A DNA stretch of 64,000 bases, taken from Felis catus (taxonomy: Eukaryota). The position numbers and the translations under genes are program-made. How positions within the stretch are numbered: the first letter of the stretch is position 1; the number at the start of each line of letters is the position of its first letter. The DNA is taken from positions 115,508,001 to 115,572,000 of the forward strand of contig NC_058373.1 in the NCBI RefSeq assembly GCF_018350175.1, in the 5' to 3' direction. The notes under the pieces are model-generated. The model searched no databases, was not told where the DNA came from, and saw only the letters and a list, made by a program, of their open reading frames with translations. Below are positions 26,166 through 38,063 of the stretch, one piece after another.

Positions 26166-26255
26166 TAAGCTAATTTACAATGGCCTTAGATGTCTGCTGC
26201 ATCTAACCAATCATGAAGATGCAGCAGACATCTAAGGCCATTGTAAACTAGCTTA
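26166..26255. repeat. 39-bp inverted repeat with a 12-nt loop
   Basis: taagctaatttacaatggccttagatgtctgctgcatct / agatgcagcagacatctaaggccattgtaaactagctta, one mismatch. Confidence 0.95.
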
Positions 26256-28146
26256 CAATGGATACAAGGGAGGTGGGAATGAGGTAGGGCAGGTGTTGAG
26301 ACGATTTCTGAGAATATTCTCAGCGGTAGTAACTGGAGGATCGGCAGGAACATAATCTAAGCAATGGAACTAGAGATTTTTTTTCCTGCATTCTGGAAGC
26401 CAGGTTCATGGCGACATCTTATCAGGTGGTGAGGGGAAGATGAGTAATGGAAGATGGAGATGGCTTTTGTCTCTAGAACACTAGGCATATCCAGACCTGG
26501 GTGGACATAGAACTGGTCAGATTTGCAGAGAGAGTCCCCAGAAGACAGTGAAAACTGATCAATCATACCTGTCGGTAGCCTTCAGGAGTACAGTTGCTGG
26601 ATTTCTTAGCAACTGTCCTTGAATGAAAGGCTTTATGCTGCTCTCTGTCATGTGAATATGAAAATAACTGAAGAATAATCATCCTTTTTTGAAAAACAAG
26701 TGGGTCTCACTGTTCCATCTTCCTTGAGGGTCCCAGAAGCATACCTCTTCTGAAGGGGAGTGTGAAAGTCCTTCTCTTGGTATTTCCCAAGAGCACCCTT
26801 TTCCATTCCCACATAGATTCCTCCAACACTTCTGAAGTAGTGGTTTACAATCATTGTCTTCAAGGGAGGAAATCTTTCCTTGTATCTTCCTTGGTTGCAA
26901 CATAATCAGTCCCTGAGTAATGGAGCCCTAGCAGGTATTCCAAGATGCATGTCTTGAGGAAGAGAGAAGATGAGGCCACTTCTCTGGTGTGGGATGAGGG
27001 TTATCTTGGGATCTGGGTGACATGCCTATTTGCAGATGCCAAGCAAAGGCAGACTCCTGTGGGCCGTCTTGCTTCTCAGGGATCAACACCAACTACACCA
27101 TTTAGAGGCCCTTCTATTAGAAAACCCATTGAGTCAACACTCTGGGCCTGCTCAATGTCATTCCTTTTCCGAGGCCCTCTGGCTGGGAAGATTCCCATAC
27201 CTGGAATTACTTCCTTCTTTTTTCAGACTCTCAATTTTCTGCTTTAGGGATTGCACTGTCCTCAAGTAGTCTAAATAAAGTTCTCTACCTTGGGCTAGGA
27301 ATAGAGGTGGAATGAGACGGGATGGATATCAAGTGGAGGAAGAACAGTTCAGGACTCCAGATTGTATGACCACCTCAGAAGCCAGCTGTCTCTCAGAGAG
27401 GTCTCAGAAGCTGTGGGCTCTGACAATTGGTATACCCTTTCATACCATGGTCTCCCCAACTGTGAAATAGTCAGATAAAACACTTACCTCCATGAAGGGC
27501 AGAGGGGCCTATGAACCCCTCTGCAAGTGAATAACCTGCCAAGCACTCAAGGAAGGTTGGGGAATGCAGCAGAAAACTGTCAAAGCATCATTGCAACATG
27601 GGCCCCAGCCCCCAGCCCAGACCCTTCCCCATTCAATCCAGGCTCGAGGGTAAGGGGTGGGAGGGGAAGAAGGCAGGGAAGGGGCACAGACATGCATGGC
27701 ATCACATTCCTTTCTTTTTCTTCTCCTCCCCACCCACCAAGGAGTTTCCACATTTACAGGTTACATGTATGTGTGGGGGCTGTGGGGGAGAGTGCAGGGG
27801 ACAGTGGTGATCAGATCATTGGAGCACAAGGCGGAAGGAAGTAACTCAGTAGGGTAATGAGGAGTTCAGGCTGCAGCGCTGTCCAGAAGGTGGGAAAGGA
27901 GGACTTGGTAATCAGCTAAGGCTAAGAAGGCAGAGATGACACCGAAACAGGGTGAGAGCGAGAATACAGGAGGGAAAAGAATAAAAAAGTCCATTGGTCA
28001 AAAAGAGGAAAAAGGAAAAGGGAAGAAAATGGGGGGAGAAAAATAGAGTTGCTTTTTGCTGCTGTTGCTTTTCAGTTAAATTTTTTTTTATCTTTCTTTT
28101 TGTTGTTGTCGTTTTATTTTGTTTTGTTTTTTAAAGAATCTCACAC

Positions 28147-28250
28147 CTGATATTCCACGTTCCATCCATTTCGGTTCACCAAGGACAATGAAGAAATTCT
28201 CTTGCCTTTCGTATTCCTCCTCATCTACTATTTTAACCCTTATGGTTTTC
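28147..28250 (-). CDS. SLC8A3: NCX3 mutually exclusive exon B, 104 nt (KTIRVKIVDEEEYERQENFFIVLGEPKWMERGIS)
   Basis: Acceptor tccctacag|G, donor TCAG|gtgtga. Phase 2 in, phase 1 out. Paralogous to exon A. Confidence 0.95.
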
Positions 28251-29275
28251 CTGTAGGGACAACAAGAGAGAGAGTGTGTCGACTGGGTCGGTAGGTTGGT
28301 TTGTCATTTGGAGCACAGCCTTTAAAATCATTCCCCATCACTCCTGGTACATGCAGCCCAGTCCCGCCATGGTGGCATTTGACGGGACTATGGTGGATTG
28401 TATATTTCTCATATAAAAAAAATGGTCTCAGCTTTTCTTGTCTCCTTGGTCGTAGTTGTCCTTCTGGGTATGAAGGAAAGGGAGCCAGGGGACAAGGAAA
28501 AGTGGGCAAAGGAAGGGTTCCAGGGGGACAGGAGGGAAAGGGGAAGGACAAAGGAGGTGATGGTGGGAAGGAGTCAGTTTAGATCCTGCTGATAGTTAGT
28601 AGGAGGTGAGTCAGGCAGCGCATTCCATTGGGTGTCACATGGTAACTGGCATTTCTTTGGGAAGCAGGTAAATTACCGGCCCATTGGAAATGATTCTTCT
28701 ACAACAGGAAATGTGTCAACAGTGCCTAGCTGGGGTCTCGTTTTCCTTCCTTGTGTCTATGCTCACTTCTTATGTGAGCCTCATAAAGAAAATTTTAAAG
28801 TATTTATGAGGAAGGGAAACGAGAGAGAGAGACAGCGAGAGAGAGAAAGGAAGGCAGAATTCTATTATCTTTGTCATTCTTTACCTCAGGGCTTCAGTGG
28901 TGGGAACTAAAATAAGTATGTATTAACTACAATATGATATAGGACTGCTTTAATATTTATGGCTGATGCACTCCTGGGAAAATGTAAAGAAAATGATAGA
29001 AGTCATCAAATTCTAAATCACCTTTATACTTCTATCACATAGGGTGATATGTCCCAAGGCTGGCTTCCTTAAATGCTGATTATCTGGGCTCTGGGGGAAA
29101 AGGTGATGGAGGTTCCAATTCATTTCTGGGTTATCTCAACAAAGCATGTTGTCTTTTAAAAACAAATCATTCAGGGAAGCAAAGTTTCCTTGAAAATCAC
29201 TCCCCTCCGAAGACTGGCATGACGCTGGTTCAGCCCTGCTGTCGTGGGAGAAGTTGCTATGGGGCCTGGATCATC

Positions 29276-29414
29276 CCCATCTTGGTCCTTCATGGAACCA
29301 CAGTGGGGTTGGCGGGCTTCAGTAGTGAGCCATGATTTTTCTTTTCCCATCTTGGTCCTCCATGGACCCACAGTGGGGTTGGCGGGCCTCAGTAGTGAGC
29401 CATGATTTTTCTTT
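29276..29414. repeat. 70-bp tandem duplication (2 copies, 3 substitutions)
   Basis: The unit cccatcttggtcc...gagccatgatttttcttt starts at 29276 and again at 29346. Confidence 0.92.
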
Positions 29415-30814
29415 CCTGCTTGCTTTGTTTTTGGCCTGGGACCTAAATGCTCTCTAAAGGGCAAAGAGGTGCTAACAAACAATAACCTAAGATGTCTAAT
29501 CAGAGCCTCTGATGTTCCCCTTCCATTCTGAAGACGTGCTCAGCTTTGCCATCTATAAAGTGGTAGACTGATCTGAGATGGTTTGTTGAACACAAGATTT
29601 GGTGTGTGTTTGTGTTTTGTGTGTGCGTGTTTCACAAGTACATTTTCGGTCACCCTTTTTGGTACTATTGTGGGACACCTTTACATACCTTGCTGAGTAG
29701 ACAAAAGACAAAGCTAAATGACTAACAAGAAGAATTTTCTAGGAACCTCTCTCTAGGCCCTAGATATGGGAACCTCTGGCTGTCTAAGAAATAGGAGCCT
29801 GGCAGTTTTTCCCCTGCAGGGACTCTGCTGTGGGTTGGAAATGGTGTGCTCTATGACCAAGGGCTTGGCCTGGAGGGACACGATTGATGGCCCTGCCAGG
29901 GAAGGAATGCTTCCCCGAATACTGGCCGCTCCCCTCTACATAGATGGTCTGTCCAGAAGAGGATGTTCTGACCTGCCCATTGGAAGTCCGGGATATGTGT
30001 GTGGTCATTTACATTGAAGTCAAAGGCTCCATCTACTCTGAGAAATCCTGTGATCTTCTGGGAAAGCTTCCACTCAAGTCAGAATCCCCTCTCCCACTAT
30101 TCTAGCTCGTCTGCCACCTGTCTACCTGGATGCTCTTTGCAGGGAAAACAGAGTCCAACAGGTAGGCCTGCGACCTAGACCTGAAGCTCAAACCTGTACT
30201 TTCAGCTCAATCAAGGTCAGAGAGAGAAACACACCTTGACAAAAGGACTATGGTGAAATGGATGGCTCCTAAGGGCTGCTTTGGGGGAATGGGATGAACC
30301 ACAAATAGAACCCAAGTCCAAATACATTGATTCTCAATGTCTGCCCATGGACATCTGTGCTGAGCATCTGGGCCAGTTTCTCAAGTGCTGCCCTCCTGCT
30401 GGTGCTGTGCTACATGGTCTTTTTCTTTCCCATATATAAAGCCATCCAGGAGAAGCAGAGAGCCGCACATATAATACTCTGGGCTCTGGCTGACTTTCTC
30501 TCTCTCTCTCCCCACTCTCTGTTTTCCCCCATATCCATTTCCCCATCCCACAAAAACTACCACCGACTCTTAAACATCCTTCTTATGGATACCATGTGAC
30601 AGGCTGGCAGGTGTTAGGACAGAGCTAGGATCAGAGAGAGGAGAGGGAGAGGTGGAAAGAAAGGAAAAGAGAGAACAAGAAAGAAAACAAAGGAACGTGA
30701 ACCAGAGAGGTAGAAGAAAGGGGAAGAGAAGACAAACGGATTGGAGACAGGAAGAACTAGAAGAGGAGGGGAGAGAAGAATGTTAACGTTAGTGTGGAGG
30801 ACAGGGTACTACAC

Positions 30815-30921
30815 CTTTCTGAAAACTCATATCCACCATGCGGGGGCCCATCATCTCAATGAAGTAATTCTTGTTTTTCTCATACGCCTCATCATCAATT
30901 ACCTTGATGTGAATTGTTTTG
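30815..30921 (-). CDS. SLC8A3: NCX3 mutually exclusive exon A, 107 nt (KTIHIKVIDDEAYEKNKNYFIEMMGPRMVDMSFQK)
   Basis: Acceptor ccatccacag|C, donor AAAG|gtgtag. Same phases as exon B. Confidence 0.95.
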
Positions 30922-31789
30922 CTGTGGATGGAAAAATAAGTATCATAAGCAAGGAGCACAGTGGGGGGCCAGCCAGCTGGGAGAAGGAACAGGAAGAGAA
31001 TGAAAACAGTGGAAAGATCCAGAAAGGTCAAAATGTGTCCCCAACACCACGAGGGCACAGAGGAGAGGGGCTGCCCCAGACCCCCTTCCAGGTTCACTGG
31101 GCTCCTCTTAGGCTTTGTGTGGCTTCGTGGCATGGTCAGACTCGAAGACTGGAAAGTCAAAAGTTTTGGGTTCTAATCTGAGATATGCCACGTAACCCTG
31201 GACAAATAATGTAACTGATACGCAAACAGGCTAAATAATGCTTACAGCATCCCAGGGCAGTCGTCAGAGCACTGAATTAAAGATATATCACAGCTCAAGC
31301 ACTTAGGTCCTCTGTAGTGTTTGTTTCCTTAGCCCTCTTGCTTTGAGGACAAGAGAGAATTTTTTTTTTAAGTCTTTGACTTTTGAAATGAGCAGGTGTT
31401 GCTCTGAAAGGCTCATGTTATAGAAGGGACACAGATGGGGGGGGGCACGATGGCCTGTGGGAGTCTTGCCTGGAAATAGAAGGACTTTTCTCTTTCTCTG
31501 TGGCAGTGACTACCACGGGGAAGCCAGGAGGGCCATGTGGCTCAAGTCACGCATTCTGGTAATTCATAACTGGGTGCAGAAACTACAAGCCTACCTGCAA
31601 ATGAACCCTGCAGCCCCAAGGGTGCACTGACTGGATCACATTAACTCTAGGACGCTCCGAATCACGGCTGCCTTATACATCCTACAGTGATTTTGTGACT
31701 AACACAATTATATTGTTTTTATGTTAAAAGATGTTTCATTAATTTAAACATTGAAAAATATAAACCAATTTTAGTAGTCCTGATTTGCA

Positions 31790-31880
31790 TTTTTCTCTTT
31801 TCTTTTCTCTCCCTCCCCCTTCCTTCCTTTCTTCCTTCCTTCCTTCCTTCCTTCCTTCCTTCCTTCCGTTTCTCTCTTTC

Positions 31881-31936
<56 letters not shown>

Positions 31937-31940
31937 TTTC
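31790..31940. repeat. Compound (CCTT)n/(CTTT)n microsatellite
   Basis: About 150 bp that are nearly pure pyrimidine on the + strand. Confidence 0.95.
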
Positions 31941-32682
31941 TATTACTAAAAGCTTTAAAAACAAAGATGGACCTGGGCCTCTCCCAACCTTTGCTTAATA
32001 ATGGGGACATTTCAGGACCAGACTCCACCTGAGGCCTTTCGCAGAGGGTATGGGACACTGGTGGAGGGGCACACATGCAGCTGAGTCTCCCATCAGCAGC
32101 GGGATGAAGGGATGCACACAGGAGCCCCTGGGCATGCGCTCTCTCAGACTTGGGGGGCCCGAGGCCTGCCCTTTGTTGAGGAGGCTGAGGCCTTTAGCAC
32201 CTGCCTTTATTTTCATATAAAGTAGGAATATCTTTATACTCTGACTTGGGACAACCTCTCTGCTCTCCCAAGCTTTCCTGAGTCACTGTTAAGAGTGCTG
32301 GATGTCTACAGAGCTTCCTCTGTCCACATTGTGGATCCTACAGAAACAAATGTAGGTCTGTCGTTCCTGAAGTGAATTAATAGCAGTTACTAATACATCC
32401 TGGCCCCTGCCAGCCCACTGTTTCAAAATCAAAGACTCCAAACCCACACCCATCCCTATCCCATACAATCCTGGCTGGCCACCACAGAAAGCATGAACGT
32501 TCAAGCTCTGAGAGGCCTCTTTGGCCTTTCTTCCTTGAGAGCAGCGGCACTGGTATTAGAGACGAGGACCTGAGATCAAATCCAGCCTCCAATTCTCACG
32601 AGCTGGGTGACCTTGGACAACTTGCTAAGGCTCTTCAAGTCTCATACATAAAGCAGAGTACGAATATCTACTTCAGAGCGTT

Positions 32683-32801
32683 CTTTTTTTTTTTTTTAAT
32701 ATGAAATTCATTGTCAAACTGGTTTCCATACAACACCCAGTGCTCATCCCAACAGGTGCCCTCCTCCATGCCCATCACCCACTTTCCCCTCCCTCCCACC
32801 C
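32683..32801 (-). mobile_element. L1 (carnivore) extreme 3' fragment
   Basis: T tail followed by attgtcaaactggtttccatacaacacccagtgctcatccc. Confidence 0.85.
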
Positions 32802-33811
32802 CGATAACGCATGTGAAGTGCTTGGTGGGGTGCATGATCCTTAGTACGTGTTTCCTAAATAGCAACTATTATTCCTTAAAAGTAATATGACCCCAATTTG
32901 GCATCTGAAAGTATTATATCTCCAATCATTAAGGCAGAAAATAAGGGGAAATCAATACATAGAACTGGTGACCCAAGACATGGTACAGGTTGGACAGAAG
33001 TCAGGTCAAGAAAGGACTGGCTAATGCAGGATGATCGACCCCAAATGAGCTCTTAGAGGGGCTTGTAATGTTAAGGGTGAGAGCATAGATACTGACTCAC
33101 ATTTTTCAAATTGTGGCCTTGTCAGCAACAAGCTCTGGGCTGGACAGACCACATGTCATAAGACATTGTGCTTGTGATTTTTAGTGAACGGATAAATAGA
33201 ATAAGAGATGCCATCGACAACTCAGTGGAAGACAGGGCAATGAGGACAGACATTAGTGGTGGCATAAGGAAGTGAGGGTAGCTGGCTGGGGCCACTGGCT
33301 GGAGGGTGTAGTGAGGGGAGGAGATGGGGTGTGAGACTCCCTCACTCAGATCAGTCACGGGGAAGGCATCACATCTGTTTGGAGTTAAGGCGTTACCTTG
33401 CCTGGAAGCATGAGAAATCCCTTCCAGCTCTAGAAAACCAAGTAAGCTTGCAGTTCTGCCCAACCCAAATGAAGCCACAAGAACATTTAAACTGAGTGAG
33501 AATCACCAGCCAGGTCTTGAGTTCTCTTTCCAGGCGTGTTCTTCCTCATTTCAGTCAACAGCAACATCGTCTATCCAAACCTGGGATCACCCCTGATCCC
33601 CTCCTTTTCCTCACCCTTCCCTCTCGACCCCACCTCAACCCTAATACACCTGCCACCATCTTTCCCTCTGCTACCAAGACCTAGAGCAAAACAACATTGC
33701 CTCTCCCTTGAACTTGGTAATAGCCTCCTAAGAGAGATCGCTGCCTTTGCCGCTTCCTTCAATTCCTAACCCCATAACAACCCAGGATTGTCCATTAAAA
33801 ATACAATTCTG

Positions 33812-34033
33812 GGGGCGCCTGGGTGGCTCAGTCAGTTAAGCGGCCGACTTCGGCTCAGGTCATGATCTCACGGTCCGTGAGTTCGAGCCCCACGTCGGGC
33901 TCTGTGCTGACAGCTCAGAGCCTGGAGCCTGCTTCCAATTCTGTGTCTCCCTCTCTCTGACCCTCCCCTGTTCATGCTCTGTCTCTCCCTGTCTCAAAAA
34001 TAAATAAAAACGTTAAAAAAAAATTTAAAAAAA
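33812..34033 (+). mobile_element. CAN-SINE
   Basis: Near-consensus head, CT tract and A tail. Confidence 0.9.
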
Positions 34034-34199
34034 ATGCTGCATCCCATCACACCCCTGTAATTGGAATAAATACAAAGTCCTTATCATGGTCTATAGTATC
34101 TTAGATCATCAGCTGCTGGTGACCTCAATGATTCCATTCATAACGTTCTCCCCTTGCTTGTGAGACCCAGATACACTGGTCTTTCTTCCTGTTCCTTCA

Positions 34200-34395
34200 A
34201 TTTTTAAAAAAAATTTTCTACATGTATTTATATTTGAGGGGGGACGAGGGGCAGAAAAAGAGACAGAATCCAAAGAAGGCTGTGGGCTCTGAGCTGTCAG
34301 CACAGAGCCCGATGCAGAGCTCAAACTCACAAGCCGTGAGATCATGACCTGACCTGAAGTCGGATGCTTAACCAACTGAGCCACCCAGGTGCCCC
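34200..34395 (-). mobile_element. CAN-SINE
   Basis: Reverse-complement SINE ending ccacccaggtgcccc. Confidence 0.85.
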
Positions 34396-36262
34396 TGCTT
34401 CTGTTCCTTAAATCAAGCCCCTTCCCACTTTGGGCATCGTCCTTGCTTGTTCTCTGTGCCTGGGTCTGTCCTTACCCTCAACCTTTGGGTCTCCACGTAA
34501 GCATGGAAGGCCTAGGAGAGGCCTTCCATGGCCATGTGACCTTCTTCAGTATCTTTCCTCCCCATCGTCTCTACCTCCCTGCCACAGGTCACTTTCCCTC
34601 GTGTCCCACCTGCTTGTTTCCTCCAGTGCACTAATCACAGCCTGAAGTTAGCTGGTTAGTTTGTTAACTTACTTGCCCACAGTCTGTCCATACTGGAAGG
34701 TAAGGGCCACGGTGACAGGGAGCCTGTCTCACTTGCTGCCCCCGTCCTAGCACCCGGCACGGAGGAGGCCCTCGCTCATGACTTGCTGAGGGACTAAAGG
34801 TGGATTTCGAACACGCCTGAGAACACATCTGCCTCTTTGCAGCAAACACTCATTAGGATCAACAACAAAACGCTATTCTGATAGAACGCCTAAGGATTTC
34901 CAGAGGGACAAAGAGACCAGAAGCCCAATGTCATCCATCTAAACCCTGAGCTGACTAGCCCGCTCCATTTGTCTGTCTATGGGAGAAGCTCTACAACAAC
35001 AAGCCGGGACTGAATGCATGGGGTGAGGCTGGGCAGGGCTCTGACCTGCCCTGCTTCTCCAACTTTCTGCTGAGGGAGGAGCCAAAGCACGTAGCACGTC
35101 CAGCTAAGACGGGGCTACACTGCTCGGAAAAGATGTCCCCGGGGGAATCTCCCACCAACAACAGAGGGATTAGGAAACCCACTTCTGGGCTCCCTGGCTG
35201 GCCTCTCAGAACATTCCTGTGCCTTGAGGACACCCAATTCCAAATCAGGCCTCTGGTCCTCAGGGTACTGCCAAGGGAAAGGTGCTCTTTAGCCACTGAG
35301 TTCCTTTAGGGTGAAAGGGAGAGGAGGCAGCATTTCTTTGTGGAATGGTGAATACTGTATTGGAGGAGGGCCCTGTGGATTTGGCTTTATACAAGGAAGG
35401 AATCTAAGATAATATATACATTTACAATCTCAACACCATGGGGACTTTCTTATTTCATTCCCACGTCAGCCGAATAACATAGGTATTATTGCTTCCACTC
35501 TAAAGAGGAGAAAACAAATTCTCAGAGAGGTTCAGTAACTTTCCCAGAGTCACACAGCTCGTACCCAGCAGAACTGGGATTTTAGCTTATTACCTTATTA
35601 CTCCTACAGTTTGTTTCCTATAAGCAGGTGGATCAACTCTGGATGCCAGCCCTGAGCTGTGGCCACAGTGAGGAACCACAGAGGTCTCCCATTTAAATCC
35701 AGGCGGCAGGTGAGAATTAAGGTTAACATGCGGATCTGCATTGCGTTGGTGAGTAGGTGGCTTCCTAACCCTTTGGCCTCCCTTGCTAGAAGTAGTCTCT
35801 GACTTGGTGACTTCTTCCCTTCTGATTTCTACTAAATGACTCTTCACCACATCGAGAAGGGTCCTTTTTCATTTTTTCTAAATGTATCCTGGCTGCTCCA
35901 GGCCAGCTAATGCTCAGAAAGCTTCCTTGAGCCGGGGCTGCGGGACAGAGCTGACGGTGGACCTTTCAGCTTTTCTGGGGCAGCGTTCAGAAGCCTCACA
36001 TCTCTGTGTTGAGATATTTTAAGTCTTCTTTCTCTTTCTAGTTGGGCACCAGAGCAGACCCCTCCTCTTCCCCTGGCAGGTTTCTGGCCCTGATTTGGGG
36101 CAGAAAAGGCCCTCCCATCTCCAACCACACCCTGACAGCCCAACACTGACATTCCCCTCACCCTTACCAAGGTCTGGGGGAAAGATTCCTTGTCTCATGA
36201 AAAGGTTTATAGTGCCCTGATTGACTTCCTCTTGAAAACAGGTGTCCAAAGGGTCCCCAAAA

Positions 36263-36425
36263 CAGTGCTTCTCAAATTTTGATTGCCTATGCATCATCTG
36301 GGATCTTGTTAAAATGCAGATTTGGATTAAGTAGGTCCAGGGTGTGCCTGAGATCCTGCATTTCTAACAAGCGACCAGTACACCCCCATGCTAGTGTTGG
36401 TCTAGGGCCCAAGACTCCTTGGAGA
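36263..36425. mobile_element. MER5A-like MITE
   Basis: cagtgcttctcaaa...atcttgttaaaatgcagat...ctgcatttctaacaag. Confidence 0.7.
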
Positions 36426-37258
36426 AGTCTCTCTGATTCTATTAAAAACTTTGGGAAAATAGGAGAGCTTCTCAAATGTTAGTGCCAGTCAGGGAGAAGG
36501 AGGCTGGAATCAAAGGCTAGCGTTTCAGCCAAAGGCTGGAGTTATCAGGTCCATTTTGAGACTACATTTTGAAGGGGAAATTGGAGTGCACCCAGAGTAG
36601 GGTGACTAGTATGGTGAAGGGTGTAGAAACCAAGTTTCAAATTAATTTACTAATATTTATATGGTGCTCACCTCATGCCAGGCACTGTCCTCTTCAGACA
36701 CTTTACTTATATTAGTAAATTAATCCTCACGACAAACCCGTAAGATAGGAACGTGCCAGGTAAGGTGCTATTCTCTCTGCGTGTACTATCTCATTGAATG
36801 TTGACCATAACCAACGAATTAGATACTATTTTTATCTCTATTTTATAGCTGAGGACCTGGACGCTCAGAACAGTTAAGAGACTTGCCCAAGGCCATAGCT
36901 AAATAAGGGGCAGACTTGGGATTTGAACTCAGTGTGGGTCTCAAGACTGTGCTTCTAAATGAGGTCTGATGTGTGGACCCATGGGAGAGAGGTCTGTTGC
37001 AGAAGATGACACCACTCCAAATGATTCTGGGGCTGTCACAAATACTGTTTCCAAAGCACCGAGGCTGTTGGCAGGGAGGCAGGCTTCGACTCTACCAAGT
37101 ATCATCACATCAATAAGATGAACTGGCTTATAAGGGAGTGGCTGCCCCATTCCTGGTGGTATTAAAAAGTAGGTTGGTGACCATGCATGAAAATGGTCAT
37201 GGAAAGGACTCCTGCATGCTATAGAAAGTCAAGTAGATGACCTGTAAAGGTCCATACC

Positions 37259-37460
37259 CAGTGGTATACTGGTAAACCAGCTGTCTGGGGGAGAAAAAAA
37301 AATAGGAACTCTGATTTGTGGCATACGCCTTCCATAGTGTAAATACTCCCACTGTAGTCAATTTCAAGCTACTAAGTTTTAATAACCAACTTGCAAAATT
37401 CCCAAACATTTAACAACAAGCTCTTATAAACTAGTAGGATTTCGTTCCAGCACACCACTG
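37259..37460 (-). mobile_element. MER63A-like hAT-Blackjack element
   Basis: TIRs cagtggtatactgg / ccagcacaccactg; internal gtaaatactccc...tttcaagctac. Confidence 0.7.
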
Positions 37461-37647
37461 ACAGTGTCAGAGTCTACTAAAATGTTTAAGAGATGTTAGG
37501 ATGACAAAAGGTGGTTCTGACTGATTTTTACAAAAGATTTTACCCATGCTAGTGTTTCCTCAAAACAGGTAACTATCTGATAAAGTAAGGTATGACTGGG
37601 TTTATTCAAAGAAGCCTTTGGAAAAAAGACTCGAAGATTTGGCTTTT

Positions 37648-38020
37648 AAATGAAATCTTGCCATTTACACTGACGTGGATGGAGCTAGAGTGTATTATGC
37701 TAAGCGAAACAAGTCAGAGAAAAACAAATACCATATGGTTTCATTCATACATGGAATTTAAGAAACAAGACAGATGAACTATAGGAGGGGGAAAAAGAGA
37801 GGGAAACAAATCATAGGAAACTCTTAATGATAGAGAACAAAGGGTGGATGGAGGGAGATGGGTGGAGGGATAGGCTAGCTGGGTGATGGGTACTAAGGAG
37901 GGTACTTGTTACGATGAGCACTGGGTGTTGTATGTGAGTGATGAATCACTGAATTCTACTCCTGAAACCAATATTGCACTGTATGTTAACTAACCAGAAT
38001 TTAAAAATTTGAGAATAAAA
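37648..38020 (+). mobile_element. L1_Carn 3' fragment
   Basis: ORF2 end NEILPFTLTWMELECIMLSE plus 3'UTR. TSD agatttggcttttaaa. Confidence 0.88.
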
Positions 38021-38063
38021 CAGAGATTTGGCTTTTAAAAGGAATGTGGGTGGGTGAGGAAGC

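Noticed and set aside
28338..28376. Perfect Kozak GCCACCATGG on the minus strand upstream of exon B
   Set aside because: Opens only MAGLGCMYQE* and is out of frame with exon B.
29276..29414. CRISPR-like array
   Set aside because: Mammalian DNA with two adjacent copies and no spacers; a simple tandem duplication.
31719..32076. KERK/EGRK-repeat ORFs
   Set aside because: Translation of the (CTTT)n/(CCTT)n microsatellite.
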